Of a stretch of DNA of 64,000 bases, positions 35,641 to 50,189 are shown piece after piece. Below the pieces are notes generated by a model that saw only the letters and a program-made list of their open reading frames with translations, did not search any database and was not told the origin of the DNA. This stretch comes from the human T2T-CHM13v2.0 reference genome, Homo sapiens: assembly GCF_009914755.1 (NCBI RefSeq), contig NC_060942.1. The stretch is one strand, 5' to 3'. Made by a program: the position numbers and the translations under genes. How positions within the stretch are numbered: position 1 is the first letter of the stretch; each line of letters begins with the position of its first letter.

Positions 35641-37086
35641 TCAGCTTTGATTTTTAAAGTAATAAGAGGGAGCTACAACCGCTTAGAAAAGGATGATGAA
35701 GTCAACCTCACCCGAGATTCCACCTCACAAAATTTTATTTTCTTTTTCCTTCTTTTTTTTTTTGACAAGGTCTTGCTCTGTCATCCAGTCTGGAGGGCAG
35801 TAGCACAATCATAGCTCACTGCAGCCTCAACCTCCTGCCCTGTTCAAGGGGTGCTCCTGCCCCAGCCTCCAAAAGTGCTGAGACTACAGGCATGAGCCAC
35901 TGTGCCTGGCCACAAAAAGTTTCCTGAAAGACAAATTCAAGTCAAAGACAAATGCCTGATATTTGTACCTTGGGGCAGCTTTGCTCTCTTATATTTTTAA
36001 AGTGTCACAGGAGGGAGAGCTTTTAGTTGACAGATTCCTAATCCATACATACCCCAGATCTATTCAAACAAATTCTGTATGATCCGAATTAGAGGCTACA
36101 ACTGGAACCACAGGTGGGTTTGTCTGTATGGTGGGACAGGGGAATAAAGAAGGCTGGCCACGGCGAGGAGGGTTTGGGTAATTTTAGGGGTATTTACATT
36201 TTAAGTTCCCATTCATGAGGTCACTGTCATTGGTGAATTTACCATTCACAGCTTCAGCGGCTCCCAACCTCGAAGGCTCACAAGACCTAGTAACCCTGTG
36301 TAGACCCGAATCCTGAGTGCTGCAAGATCTGTATGTGGCACAAGCCACTCAGAAAGAACAGCTCCTGGCCTGTCATTTGTACTGGGGGCAGCTTTGCTCT
36401 CATATTTTTAAACCATTTTGTGGGGAAAATTCTGTTCCGGTGCTGTTTATAAACCTGGGATGTGTAGAGGTCACTGACTTCCTCCTCCCACCCAGGGGGG
36501 TCTCCTCCCACCCAGGGGTTCTGCTGCATGGCTTTGGGCTTCCCCATGGAGTCCGCTCTCAACCCTGGGGGGTTATTAAAACACAGAGGTGCTCTGGGAA
36601 GGTGCCCACTCTGCCCTCACTTCAGCCATATGATTCTGGTACTTTCCACCCAGTAGCCCCCATAAAATTGAACCAATGCTGCCTGCTTCTCCATTACCAT
36701 AACTGTGTTAAAGTGATGAGATGAGATTCTTTTGTCACCAGGTAACCATGGTGGCCTCCAGGGCGAGTGGGTCCCCACCACTCATCAGGGCACATCTATC
36801 CACTGAGCAACGGGGTCCTAAAATCCAGGCCCTGACGCCACACCAGACTCACCCTGAGTCCGGAACTGAAGGCAGATCAGGGACAGACGCCTCGTGGCTA
36901 ATTGGACACAGTCGTAGTGTGTGCAAATGGGTCCTGCTGAAAGCATCTCTCTATCGATTAGCCACGGAGCCACTCACAGACCTTAAACAGACACATAGGA
37001 GAATCTGAAGCTGGCATAAGAGCAGAGTGATGACGTGGGAGGGTTAGGAAGGCTCCTGAAGCCTGCCCCTCCCCCCATTGTCACAG

Positions 37087-37268
37087 GGCAGCCAGCACGT
37101 CCCCACTTGCTCGCCGCCGAAGAGGTCGGGAATAGCGAGAGTCACCTTCGACTTGTACAGGCTGAACCCCAAGGACTTCATCGGCTGCCTTAACGTGAAG
37201 GCCACCATGTATGAGATGTACTCCGTGTCCTACGACATCCGGTGCACGGGACTCAAGGGCCTGCTGAG
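37087..37268 (+). CDS. CIDEA: CIDEA exon 4 (GSQHVPTCSPPKRSGIARVTFDLYRLNPKDFIGCLNVKATMYEMYSVSYDIRCTGLKGLL-R), CIDE-C domain
   Basis: tcacag acceptor, AG|GTAACA donor, 182 nt, CIDE-C motif. Confidence 0.98.
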
Positions 37269-40117
37269 GTAACACACTCCAGGGGTCACCTCCGGGGGTC
37301 TGCAGACTGCACAGGGTGTGGCACAGGCAGCAGTCCCCACCCTGTTCCTCTGGGCTCCCAGGCCGGCTAGCACTGTTAGGGGCAGTTGGAGTAATGTTGT
37401 CTGGAGGTCAACTCTTATCCCACAGGCTCATCTCACACAACAGAAAATCTCAAGCCAAAACAGATTTATTTCTTCCAAAGACCACTAACTATTCATTAGA
37501 AACAAAAGCTAAATAATAAATATAAAGAGGAACCACATTCATTTTAAGAACTAGAGCACTTAATTCTAGGTGATGATGACTAAAACCAGAGCCATGGAGG
37601 TCGTGGCCGGGTTTGTACAGAGCGGTCACCTAGACCCTGGTGAATCACACGCCTTTGCATGTATCTCCTGTACTCCTGATAACTTCAGCCTCACCAGTAA
37701 TGTGGCATGGGCGTGTGTCCTCTCCACATAATGCCAGGGCACCGTCATCCCAAAGACGAAGGCCAGGCTGGTTGCACAGCATCCCAGGAAACAGAACTTT
37801 TAGAAGACAGACTCCTGATCCAGCCATACACCAGACCCATTCAAACAAATTCCATGTGATCAAAAGGAGCCTTCCTGGGTGTTCCTGCCCCATAACTGGG
37901 TGCCACCCCTGCCATTGAGCCTGGGACTGAGAGAGACACCAGCAGTCCCTGCTCTAAGGAATCAGCTGTGTGACCTTTCACAGACTCCTTAACTTCTCTG
38001 AGCCTTGCTTTTATCATCTTTAAATGAGAAGGTTGGTCAGGCGTGGTGGCTCACACCTATAATCCCAGCACTTTGGGAGGCCGAGGTCAGCAGATCACTT
38101 GAGGCCAAGAGTTCGAGACCAGCCTAGCCAACATGGCGAAACTCTGTCTCTACTAAATATACAAAAATTAGCTGGGCGTGGTGGCGGATGCCTGTAATCC
38201 CAGCCACTCAGGAGGCTGAGGCAGGAGAATTGTTTAACCCCAGGAGGCGGAGGTTGCAGTGAGCTGAGATCCGCCACTGTGAGCCATAACCACACCACTG
38301 CACTCCAGACTGGGTGACAGAGCAAGACTGTGTCTCAAAAATAAATAAATAAACAAACAAAAAATAAATAAAATGAGAAGGTTGCTTCCAAGCTCTTTAT
38401 GATTGCCAGGGCTCTAACTACACCTACTTCTACTCCAGTAAATTTACCGTTGATCCTTAAAGAACTAACCTCTGTGGAGGGAGTGGATGGGAGAGTGGCT
38501 GATTGCAGTAGAAAGGTCTTCAAGTCGAAAAGTTTTGCAGCTGCTGCCATTCCAGTGCCCCCTGCACGTCCCTGTGGGCAGGGCCGCCCGTTTCTCTTTG
38601 AGGGTGTTGTTTCCGTCCCCCGTGGCCTTGACAACTGCTCTGATTTGTGCTGAGCACAGCAAAGGGGAAATGCCCTCCTCTCAGAGGTCTCCTGGCCTCA
38701 CCTGAGGTGGGCCAGGGTGTGTGGCTTCTCTGTGGCCTCAGTTTCCCATTCAGAGCCATCAGTGGCTGACTCTAAACTACAGTCACTGTCATAGTGTTGG
38801 AGTCTTGACTCCCAGGAGAGCTTCCTTTTTTTTGTCTTTTCCTTTTTGCCGGGATAGGAGAAAATAGCTTTACACTTGGATTTTAAAAGTTAGGCAAGAG
38901 AGTTACAACAACTGAAAAAGGTAAGATGAAGAAAGCTAACCTCACCCAAAATTCCACCTCAGTGAAATCTTTTTTCTTTTTCTTTTCTTTTTTTTTTTTT
39001 TTTTTTGAGACGGAATCTCACTCTGCTGCCCAGGCTGGAGGGCAGGGGCACGATCTCAGCTCACTGCAACCTCCTCCTTTCAAGTTCAAGCCATTCCCGT
39101 GGCTCAGCCTCCCAAGTAGCTGAGATTACAGGCATGCACCACCACACCCAGCTAACTTTTGTATTTTTAATAGAGACGGGGTTTCACCATGTTGGCCAGG
39201 CTGGTCTCAATCTACTGGCCTCAGGTGATCCACCCACCTCGGTCTCCAAAAGTGCTGGGATTACAGGCATGAACCACATTCCAGGCCCTTTTTCTTTTTT
39301 TTTAAGAAAGAGGGTCTCACACTGTCCCCCAGGCTGGAGTGCAGTAGCACAATCATAGTTCACTGCAGCTTCCAACTCTTGGACTCAAGCGATCCTCCCA
39401 CCTCAGCCTCTGAAAGTGCTGGGATTATAGGCATGAGCCACCACACCTGGCCACAAAGTCTTTCTTGAAAGACAAGTTCAGCCTTCTTGTTACTAATTTG
39501 TATTCTCTGATAAATCCGATGACACCACAAGCAGCCATGGAACTCACGACAGCCCCCACACTGGAGGCACCGCCTGCTAGGGACCCTGTTGTGGGTGCTG
39601 GGGGCAGTGGGCCCTCCTGATGAGACAGCTGCCCAGGCTTGGCTATCGCATCCCCATGGGCTCAGTCACTGCTGAATGTCCTGCTACTACCTTAGGAAGG
39701 GAAGGGATTTCAGTAGCAGGGCCCCTAGAACAGCCCAGCAGCCGAAGCCCAGGACACAGCACACCTGTGCGGGTGCGGCCATCTGCTCCACACAGAGCTT
39801 GCCAGCCACTCAACAAGCAGGCCGCACTTCAGGTGGCTCATGGGAGCCGTGCTTCTTGCGGTGGTCTTGGGCCAGCAGCAAGGGGGTCCTCAGGGAGCTC
39901 ACAGAGACCTGCTCCTGGCCAGACCCACTGCCACGGCAGCTGCATCTGTGCCAGCCCTGGGACACGTGCACTCTGAGAGTCAGACAGCCATGCTCTAAAT
40001 GTCAGCCTGGCCTCCTCCGAGTGCCTTTTGGTGGGGGGAGTGAAGTATTCCCATCCTGTCTGTTTCTCACTGGCCCAAAATCCCAAGCTAAAGCCTCCCC
40101 ATCTGCCTCTGCCACAG

Positions 40118-40265
40118 GAGTCTGCTGCGGTTCCTGTCCTACTCCGCCCAGGTGACGGGACAGTTTCTCATCTATCTGGGCACATACATGCTCCGGGTGC
40201 TGGATGACAAGGAAGAGCGGCCATCCCTCCGGTCACAAGCCAAGGGCAGGTTCACGTGTGGATAG
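40118..40265 (+). CDS. CIDEA: CIDEA exon 5 coding part (SLLRFLSYSAQVTGQFLIYLGTYMLRVLDDKEERPSLRSQAKGRFTCG*)
   Basis: ccacag acceptor, TAG at 40263-40265; spliced CDS 38+145+147+182+148=660 nt = 219 aa. Confidence 0.98.
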
Positions 40266-40561
40266 GGATGCAGGCTGTCGCCGGCTCTTGAGCCAAACAC
40301 TGTGTTTCGTTTGGCTCAATGACGAATGTTGAAGATGCTTTTATGTTCTGAGCCACATGCACTTGGAGGCCGCTGGTCACGCTGCTCAGGAGTGGTGCCC
40401 AGAAAAGGAAAGGGCTTGGTGGTACATGAAGTGGGGGCAGTGGGCAGGGTGCCCTGGGGGGGAGGCATAGAGGGCCCTGGGGGTCATGGGAAGCGAGCAC
40501 GCAGCAGGCGTGCCCAGGAGCGTGTGCATGTGTCAGAGCCATTTGGTCCATCATCTCCTGC

Positions 40562-40567
40562 AATAAA
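40562..40567 (+). terminator. CIDEA: CIDEA polyadenylation signal AATAAA
   Basis: First AATAAA about 300 nt after the stop, followed by a GT/T-rich downstream element near 40592-40622. Confidence 0.85.
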
Positions 40568-40933
40568 CCCATCGCAAGAATGACCTTCAAGATGTGTGAC
40601 ACTTCCTGCGTCTCCTTTATCTCTCAGAAGAGCAAAAAGCAAACAAAACAAAACAAAACTATCAGAACAGCAAAAAAAAAAAAAAACTTTATATAGAAGC
40701 AAAACTCATCCAGGAATATTCTGCTAACAGATATAATCTCTCATAAGTCTTTATTAGTGCCACAAAAATAACAAGCTGCAAAATGTTATTGTATGTTTTT
40801 TTCAAACATGGATTTTTAACAGGCTCAAAGGGGCCCTCACACTGAAGGACTCAAATTGTGGAGGTCTTCAAGGACTTTTTTACTTTTTCACTTGTGAAAG
40901 TGAAAGGACTTTACTTTTTCAGCCTCTTTTTTC

Positions 40934-40964
<31 letters not shown>

Positions 40965-43900
40965 GAGACAGGGTCTAGCTCTGTCACCCAGGCTGGAGTA
41001 CAGCGGCCTGATCTCGGCTCACTGCTGCCTCGACCTCCCTGGGCTCAAGCCATCCTCCCACCTCAGCCTCCTGAGTAGCTGAGATTACAAGTGCACACCA
41101 CCACCCCTAGTTTTTTTTATTTTTGTAGAGATGGGGTCTTGCTATGTTGCTCAGACTGGTCTCAAACTCCTAGACTCAAGCAATCCTCCTACCTGGGCCT
41201 CCCAAAGTTCTGAGATTACAGACGTGAGCCACCACACCCGGCCCAGCCTTTTTCTTAAAAACCAAAAAACAACTGCTGCACCCTCAGCTGCAGATTCTGC
41301 CTGCAGCCAGGTGGGGCACCGCGTTGCCAAGGTGGAGCTGTGCCTCATGCTGGCTCAGCTGCGAGGAACCTCCTGTCCGTGGCTGGGATCTCTAGCTGCA
41401 GGCACAGCTGGACGAAGGCAATCAGACAACATTGTAAGAATCTGTCTCCCACTCTCTTGGATCTGATTCCCTGCAGGGAGGGGGGACCCCCTCAAGTGGA
41501 AGCAAGTGCAGACCTCAGGCCCTGCAGCAGGAAGCTCTGGGCTACACCTTGTCCCCCCATTGGATGTCCTGGGTTACACCTCATGCTGCAGACACAGCAG
41601 CTGGTGGCTCTGCCAGGCTGGGCCACACACTGAGTCCTGGAGCCACCCCAAAGAGAAATAGGGTGCTGTTCCTAGAATCAGGGGGAACAGATGCTAGAAG
41701 AAAAATATTTCCTGATTAAGAAATGATGCCTTGGAGGCCTTTTCCTTCCCTAGCCACCAACTCTGGCCACAGAAAGACACCACAGTGTGTCCCGGAACCC
41801 TAGAGGAAGAAAAACTCTCCCCTCCCCTACCCTCTTCCCGGGGCTCCCAGCTGCTGCTCAGCCGTTCCCGGCAGGGATGGTCCTCCCTTCACAGACAGTT
41901 TGCAGTCCCCTTTGAGAGGCCCCGTGACCGGCGCTGAGTCCTGGGCTCTCACTGTGTCTGAGCCAGTTCTTGGAGAAGCTGGGCCAGGCCCCACAGCAGG
42001 ACAGACAAAAGGAAAGGAGGTGGCGTTCCTCAAAGCACAGGCTCTTCTTTCACACTGCGAAAAAAACAGGCACTTTCAGTATTATCCCTTCTTGCCTTCC
42101 AGAATGAGCTGCGCTGCTGGTAGAGCGAGGGTTACAAAGAGTGTTCAGGCACAGGCCGTCTGCTGTGACTTCAAAACATTTCCTATATAAGGAGCTCCTG
42201 ACCGCCCTGCCCACCTCGGGCCAGCAGGAGAGGAGGTGAGGAGGAGGGCTGTAGCCAGGCGTGTGGCCGGCCTGGCCGAGGGGCGCTCACTCCTGCCTCT
42301 CACTGACTCTGGGCTTGCGTCACTTCCCAAGGATTCCACCGGCCTGGGCAGTGACTGCCTGGCTTCCAAAAAAGGAATTTTCACTCCAGTGCCTGATCCT
42401 GTTGACTCAGCCCCTGCCCTCACTCGCTGAGAGGCCCTAGGCCTACGTCCAGATGGTGGGGAAACTGTGGGGGCCCAACCTGTTCGAAGGGAGGAATTGG
42501 GGAAGGGACGGGCTGGCCTTCTCCCCATGGGAAAGGGGAGGACATTCAAAAGGACCTCTTGGCATTTGGGAGCTTCTGAAGGAGCTGCGGCCACCGCCGC
42601 CCTGTCTCCTGTGCCCATGATTCACGGAGTGGCCCGGGACAGAGCAGCCTCTTCGCAGAACCCTCAGGGAGGCTCCAGGCCTCAGGGAGGAGGCAGCAAA
42701 GGTTGGTTTTGCTATTGTCAAAGTCTTCAGTGGGCCCTTGGCCAGGAGACTGGTGGAATTGAAACCCACTCCCTTAGGGGAAGGGTCCCAGCAGGCGTGG
42801 CTGTCTTGTCTCTGGTTCGGATTAGGTGACAGGCACTCCAAATGTGACACTTTCTCGTTCTCATCTTAGTTTCTCTATCATCTGCATTTAGCCCGCTAGC
42901 TCAGACCAGGATGTGCCCCATGCAGGTGAGGGTGGGTGGGGAGAGCCAAGGCACTCCAGCGGGCTCAGGGCCTGGACCCTGTGAGGCCTGGATGCCGCCT
43001 CCACCTAAGCCTTCAGCTGAACCCCCAGGGTGGCGTGTGTGTCCCTTCAGGGGCTGAGTGTTCGTCTGTGTGTCTTTGATGGGGCCAAGCAGAAGAGCTC
43101 GAATTGGAAATTATTCACTTCTAGAATCACAATTCAGAAAAAAAGAAATGGTTCCCATGAGCCCAGGTTTCATGCTCCTGCAGTCACTACATGGACCTGG
43201 ACGTCACTCCTATGACCTCTTTTTCAGGCGCACAAACACAGGTAGCTGCCATGAGCATCCCACGCGCATGCGTCCTGGTGTGTTTCTGCCACATGATCCG
43301 TAGGCTAGATTCAAGGAGCACTTTCTGCCAGCAGCAGGGAACAGAGTGCAGGCCTGGGATGAACTGAGGACATCAGAATGAAATGCTCTAAGAGCCATGA
43401 TCTCATGGCCAGAGACAGACTCTGGCTAAAATCACCTGTAGTGACCAGACTTCACAGCCCAAACCACTGTCTTCATCCATAAAATCAGGATCCAATCGAC
43501 TTGGTCCAGGAACTCCATTCCCAGACAGATTTTCTTGGCCCAGATTTTAAAAATGTAAACACGGTCCCTCTTCCAGCCAGCACTTTTCAGCTGGCCAGCC
43601 ACAGCTTGCCCTTCTCCTGCACCCCAAGGAAACTGTCACCACCCGCCAGGTCAGGAGCCCAGCTCAAAGCCATGGCGTAGGCCTCTTCAGGACTAGGATT
43701 CTAAAACGGGGGTCCATTTCCCCAAAGGGAAGTTCTCCTTTCTCCTCATGTGATGAGGTGGGGGCGGCTCATCAAGCCACATGTGGGGGTGGGCCTCCAC
43801 CCAGGATGGCACTGTCCCCACACAGGGTCTCCTGGCTCCCACTCCCTCCTGTGTTATAAATTGTAGGGAAAGAAAACTGTGGCCAGCACCTTTCTCTACC

Positions 43901-44098
43901 ATCACCTCCACGGGGACAGCTATTCCTTGCTAGAATTACCAGGCCCCCTCCAGCAGCAGAGGCCATGGGGCTACCTGCCTGCCCTCCAGCTCTGACAGCC
44001 AGCTCTCAAGTCCCAGTGGGCCAGGAGGAGAGCTCTGTCTTCCCCAAGATTTTATTGTATTGTGGCAAAATCAACATAACTTTTTTTTTTTCTTTTGA

Positions 44099-44203
<105 letters not shown>

Positions 44204-44206
44204 TGA

Positions 44207-44374
<168 letters not shown>

Positions 44375-44909
44375 TAACATTTTTTTAAATGTATCTTCCA
44401 CCTCAGCCTCCCAAGTAGTTGACACTATAGGTGCACACCACCACACCCAGCTCATCATCTTTTTTTTTTTTTTTTAGATTTTTTTTTTGTTGTTAGCAAC
44501 AGGATCTTACTATGTTGCCCAGGCTGCTCTCCAACTCCTGGGTGCAAGTGATCCTCTCACCTCAGCCTCCCAGAGGACTGGGATTATGGGCATGAGCTAT
44601 TGCTTTTAAAATCTGATGATCAGTGCAGTGCCTTTTATTCTGAGCCTCCACTCCACTGAGTGGTCTCCCCCACTTCATGCCCCAGGGGCTCATGTGCCAA
44701 GGCAGTGGGGGACACACTCCGACTATGGGGAGTTGTGTCCCACCCAGGCCTCCCCTGAGATGCCCACTGGCTATGACTGTCGGAGGCCAGTCTGTGAAGG
44801 TCACTGCGGCAACTCCCCCAGCCCACCTGCAAGAAGGCTTCAGGCCACCACTGCTGGGAGCCAGGTTCTCCCTGCCACTCCAAGGCCAGGCCAGGGTACC
44901 AGGACCCCT

Positions 44910-46064
44910 GTGATATTGTGATATAATAAAAAATACGTTTTTGGCCTCTGCCCCCATTCCTGACATAGATCTCCTAAAATCTGTAATCTCCTGAGTGATT
45001 GGAATGGCTGACAGAATTCCTAAATCCTTTGGAATTTCCTGGGTTATGGGGGCATCTTTTCTTTTTTTTTTCAAGACAGCATCTTGCTCTGTCACCCAGG
45101 CTGGAGTGTAGTGGTGTGATCACAGCTCACTGCAGCTTCCTGGGCTCAAGTGATCCTCCCACCTCAGTCTCCTAGGTAGCTGGGACTACAGCTGCACACC
45201 ACCATGCCTGGCTAATCATTTTTATTTTTTGTAGAGATGAGGTCTCCTTATGTTGTCCAGGCTGATCTCAAATTCTTGGGCTCAAGCGATCCACTTGCTT
45301 TGGCCTCCAGAAGGGCTGGGATGACAGGCATGAGCCCCCGCGCCTGGCCAGGAGCATCATTTTAGGAGACTCTTGGTGGGCTCCTGCATGGCCTCAGGAT
45401 AGGGGCTGGTTGCCAGGGAACCAGCCCTGTGATTAAAGGGTCAGGACTTTCAGCCACATCCCCCAACCTCTGGGGAAGGGAGAGGAGCTGAAGTTTGAAT
45501 CAATCACCAGTGGCCAATGAGGTAATCAATTGTGCCTATGTAATGAAGGCTCCAGAAAAATCCCCAAGCTACAGGGCTCAAAGAGCTTCCAGAGAGTGAA
45601 CACGTACAGGCTCTGAGATCGTGGTGTCCAGGGAGACCACGGAAGCTCCATGCCCTGCCCCACATGCCTTCCCCATGAGTGTCTTCATCTGTGTCCTTTG
45701 TAATATCCTTCATAATAAAAGGCTAAACATACAGAAAGGATTTCCCTGAGTTCTGTGAGCTACCCTAGCAAATTAACCACCCCCAAGCCGGGGATCAGGG
45801 GAACTGAGATTTGTCACAGCTTGGGGCTTGCAATGGGCGTGAAAAGTGAGGGCAGCCTTGAGGACTGAGCTCTCAGCCCGTGGTGTTTGATGCTGTCTCC
45901 AAGAGGACTGTGTCAGAGTTGAATTGAATGAGAGGACACTCAGCTGGTGTCTGCTGGAGAACGGGTTGTCTGTGGAGAGAAATCCCCACGCATTTCGGTG
46001 CCCTAAGGTGAAATACTCTGTATTGAGAGTGAAAGCAGAGAGAAAAAGCAGTGTTTTTTCCACA
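44910..46064 (+). mobile_element. MER21-like LTR interrupted by AluJ (about 45055-45350)
   Basis: Starts tgtgatattgtgatataataaaaaata; typical gggtcaggactttcagcc...ggggagaggagctgaag and gtatttccctgagttctgtgagc-like motifs. Confidence 0.7.
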
Positions 46065-46099
46065 GCCCCCCACGCACCCAGCCATTGTGATGTTACTGC

Positions 46100-46450
46100 T
46101 CGTGATGGTGACTTTACGTGTCCACTTGGCCAGGCCACGGCACCCAGTTTCTGGTGAAACACCAATCCCGATGTTGCTGTGAAAGATATTTTTGAAGATG
46201 AGACTAACATTTAAAGCTGTGGACTTTACGTAAAGCACATGCCCTCCAGGTTGCCCATTAGGGAGTGGCCTCATCCAGTCCATTGAAGGCCTTCAGAGAA
46301 AAAACTGACATCCCCTTAGAGAAAGAATTCTGCCCGCAGACAGCCCTGCGGGTGGCGCTGCGACATCAGCTCTTCCGGGGCTCCAGCCTGCAGCCTCCCT
46401 GCAGATTTCAGACTTCCCAGCCCGCACAGTCACACAACTGTACACACAGC
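46100..46450 (+). mobile_element. MLT2 (ERVL) LTR
   Basis: gtgatggtgactttacgtgtccacttggccaggccac...gatgttgctgtgaaagatatttt motif. Confidence 0.7.
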
Positions 46451-46739
46451 TCATGGGAATGACATGTGGGAAGACAACTAAGGCAGGATCACTTTCAAGC
46501 CATATACCAACACCTGCCTCATTGGTATGTGGTTAGACCTCAAACTTACAAAGGCTGGGCACAGTGACTCACACCTGTAATCCCAGTACTTTGGGAGGCT
46601 GAGGCAGGAGGATCACTTGAGCCCAGGAGGTTGAGGCTGCAGTAAGTTATGACTGCACCACTGTACTCCAGCCTGGGTGACAGAGTAAGACTCTATCTCT
46701 TTTTTTTTTAAAAAAAAAAAAAAAGAAAGAAAACCATGC

Positions 46740-47226
46740 AATCTGCAGAGTCCTAATGAGGAAAAAGGAGTCAGGTTGGTGGCACCAGGTGAAAACAAAG
46801 AGATAAAGCAGATGAGCAATGGGTCTGGCTTCCTCCATGGTCCAGGACAGATAAACAAAGAGAGGAAACAGACATGCTGTGGGTCTGTTTTTCTTTATGG
46901 TCCAGGACATGTGGCCCTCCTGAGCAGATAACGTACAGAGCTCACAAGCTTCCTGCTTATCAACAAACACCTTAATTTATCAAACACCTAGGCTGATAGA
47001 AAAATGGAAGTTAGTTATCAGTCAGCTCAAGTTCCATTCTATAAACTCCCCAGCCAGCCTTGGTCTCCTGGCAGGCAGCTCCTCTTCTGCTGATTCTGCC
47101 CACTGCAACCTTGCAACACATTTTCCTACTTTCTCTAATAAATCTGCCTTTCTTTACCTACAACTGTCTTGGTAAATTCTTTTACCCCTGCGCCACCGGC
47201 CCAGTGAGTCTCCGCTACCTGCCACA
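46740..47226 (+). mobile_element. ERV1-type solo LTR (MER34/MER39-like)
   Basis: TATA ctataaa near 47040, polyA signal aataaatctgcctttctttacctacaactgtcttggtaaattctttt, ends in ...ca. Confidence 0.65.
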
Positions 47227-47570
47227 CAAACACAATAAAAACCTGAAAGGTTTGACTCACTCCTATACCTAACAGAAGAATTAACAGTAATGCTTTGACT
47301 TATTCCTTTACCTAATTCACCAGGATTTACTCCAAATGATATTTTACTTTAGGAAAAAAATCATCTCTCTCCTCAAAGGATAAAATGTGCCAGGGTTGGG
47401 AGCTGAGTCTCAGATGTTATGAAGGTGCACAGAAACCCTTCTCCCCAAGATCCCCGTGCTGTTCACCATCCTTGGCTTGAACACTGAGATATGGCAGCCC
47501 TTGCAACAGGAGCTCGTTCAACTTGTGCAGTTTTGTCTGTCTTAGGGTGTGTTTTATTTTTTTAAGGTAA

Positions 47571-47741
<171 letters not shown>

Positions 47742-48715
47742 TAAAACTTCTACCCACAGGTTATAGTTCTGTCCTCTTGAGTTATTTTTTTTTAATCCCT
47801 CCTGTCCAGCTTCCCTACCGCAGGGCAGTGCCTGTGTGCTTGATCCAGCATTTCCCCAAAAGGACCCCACCCCACTTCCTCCACAAGCCAACATGTAGAG
47901 TCCTCTCAAGTCCACAAACTGGGCTCTCCAATGCTCTGCCCTGAACCTGCCCCAATCCTGCAGGGTGTATTTCTTTCATTAGCTTCTTTTATTTCCCTGC
48001 AGTCTCTGTCAGTGTGAAGCAGAAATGTTAAATGACAATACAATCTTTCAACAAGACCACGACAAATGGAAGGAGCCCCCTTCAGAGTGACCACTCCAGG
48101 GGGCTCAGGGAGGCAGCCCGGGTGCAGCTGTTGAACAGGGGATGTTAGAATGGGTTCCACCTGGGGGGTCCCCCAGGGAGGCAGGGCTGGCCTTGGGGCA
48201 ACCCTGATGGTCCCTTTGTGACCAGCCTTGGGATCTCTCTGAAAGCCACCTCTAAGATCCTGGGGGTGTAGAGAAGAAGACAAACCCACCTGGTCCTCCT
48301 CCCCTCCGGGACTGGGAGAGACCATATCCACAGGTGCCTCCTCGGGCGTGCTGGGTCAGCCAGGCCTCTGGAGTGCCTGGGTTATGGGGGTTATCATCTT
48401 ATTCAATTACCACTGGAGAGCCTGAAGTCTACGCAGGAAGCTGAGATGGGAGGATCACTTGAGGCCAGGAGTTCAAGACCAGCCTGGGCAACATAGAGAG
48501 ACCCTTGACTCTCAAAAAATATATATATAAAGTGTTGTATAATGCAACAAAATATGTAAACCTGGAATCGCATCAGATTTTTTACTCCATAAACTTTTTA
48601 TTTGCTCCCAGATATCTCTTAAGTGGCATGAAGAATCTACTGATGTGTCTGGCAAGCTGGGAGCTAGAGTAAGACTAGCTGGGCCTCAACAGGCAGGCTG
48701 CAGAGCCAAAGCTGA

Positions 48716-49192
<477 letters not shown>

Positions 49193-49553
49193 TAGGCAAC
49201 ATAGCAAAACCCCCATCTCTAAATAAAAATAAAAATAAAGAGCTTGGAGCCTGGATGGGGCTGGGCATATAGCAAGCACAGATGCTTGGGAAGTACACCC
49301 TTTAATTTTCACACTAAGGAGAAAGAAAGGGCTAAGAGTAGTTCAATACAGTATCTTCAAAAGGTTTGACCATTTATTTGCCCATTTTTTCCTGAAAAGA
49401 GTGAATGAAAACATTTACTATAACTCAGATACTAATACACCCTTTTGTTTCTTTTCTTTAAGAAACAGGCACAGTTGTTAAGATCTGTTTCAGATGAAGT
49501 TGGGTGATGGATACATGGGCTTTCATTAGTCTCTGATTTGGGTATGTTTTTAA

Positions 49554-49871
<318 letters not shown>

Positions 49872-50189
49872 TGAAGTGCTGGGATTACAGGCAGGAGCAA
49901 CCGCGCCCGGCCAATTGATTGATTTTTTTTAAATGCTTCCTCCCTCCCAGGGAACTGTGAATGAAGCTCTTCTTTTAAATATATATATTTCAGAGATGGG
50001 GATCTCACTGTGATGCCCAGGCTGGTCTTGAACTCCTGGCCTCAGCTGGTCTTGAACTCCTGGCCTCAAGTAATCCTCCTACCTCGGCCTCCCAAAGTGC
50101 TAGATGACAGGCATGATCCCGGCCAAGCCCTTCCTTTAACCACAGCTCTGGAGACTGTCACTTGGACGACCAGGGCTGCCAGGGTTTCC

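Noticed and set aside
42182-42192. CArG box
   Set aside because: CC and GG are separated by 7 A/T bases instead of 6.
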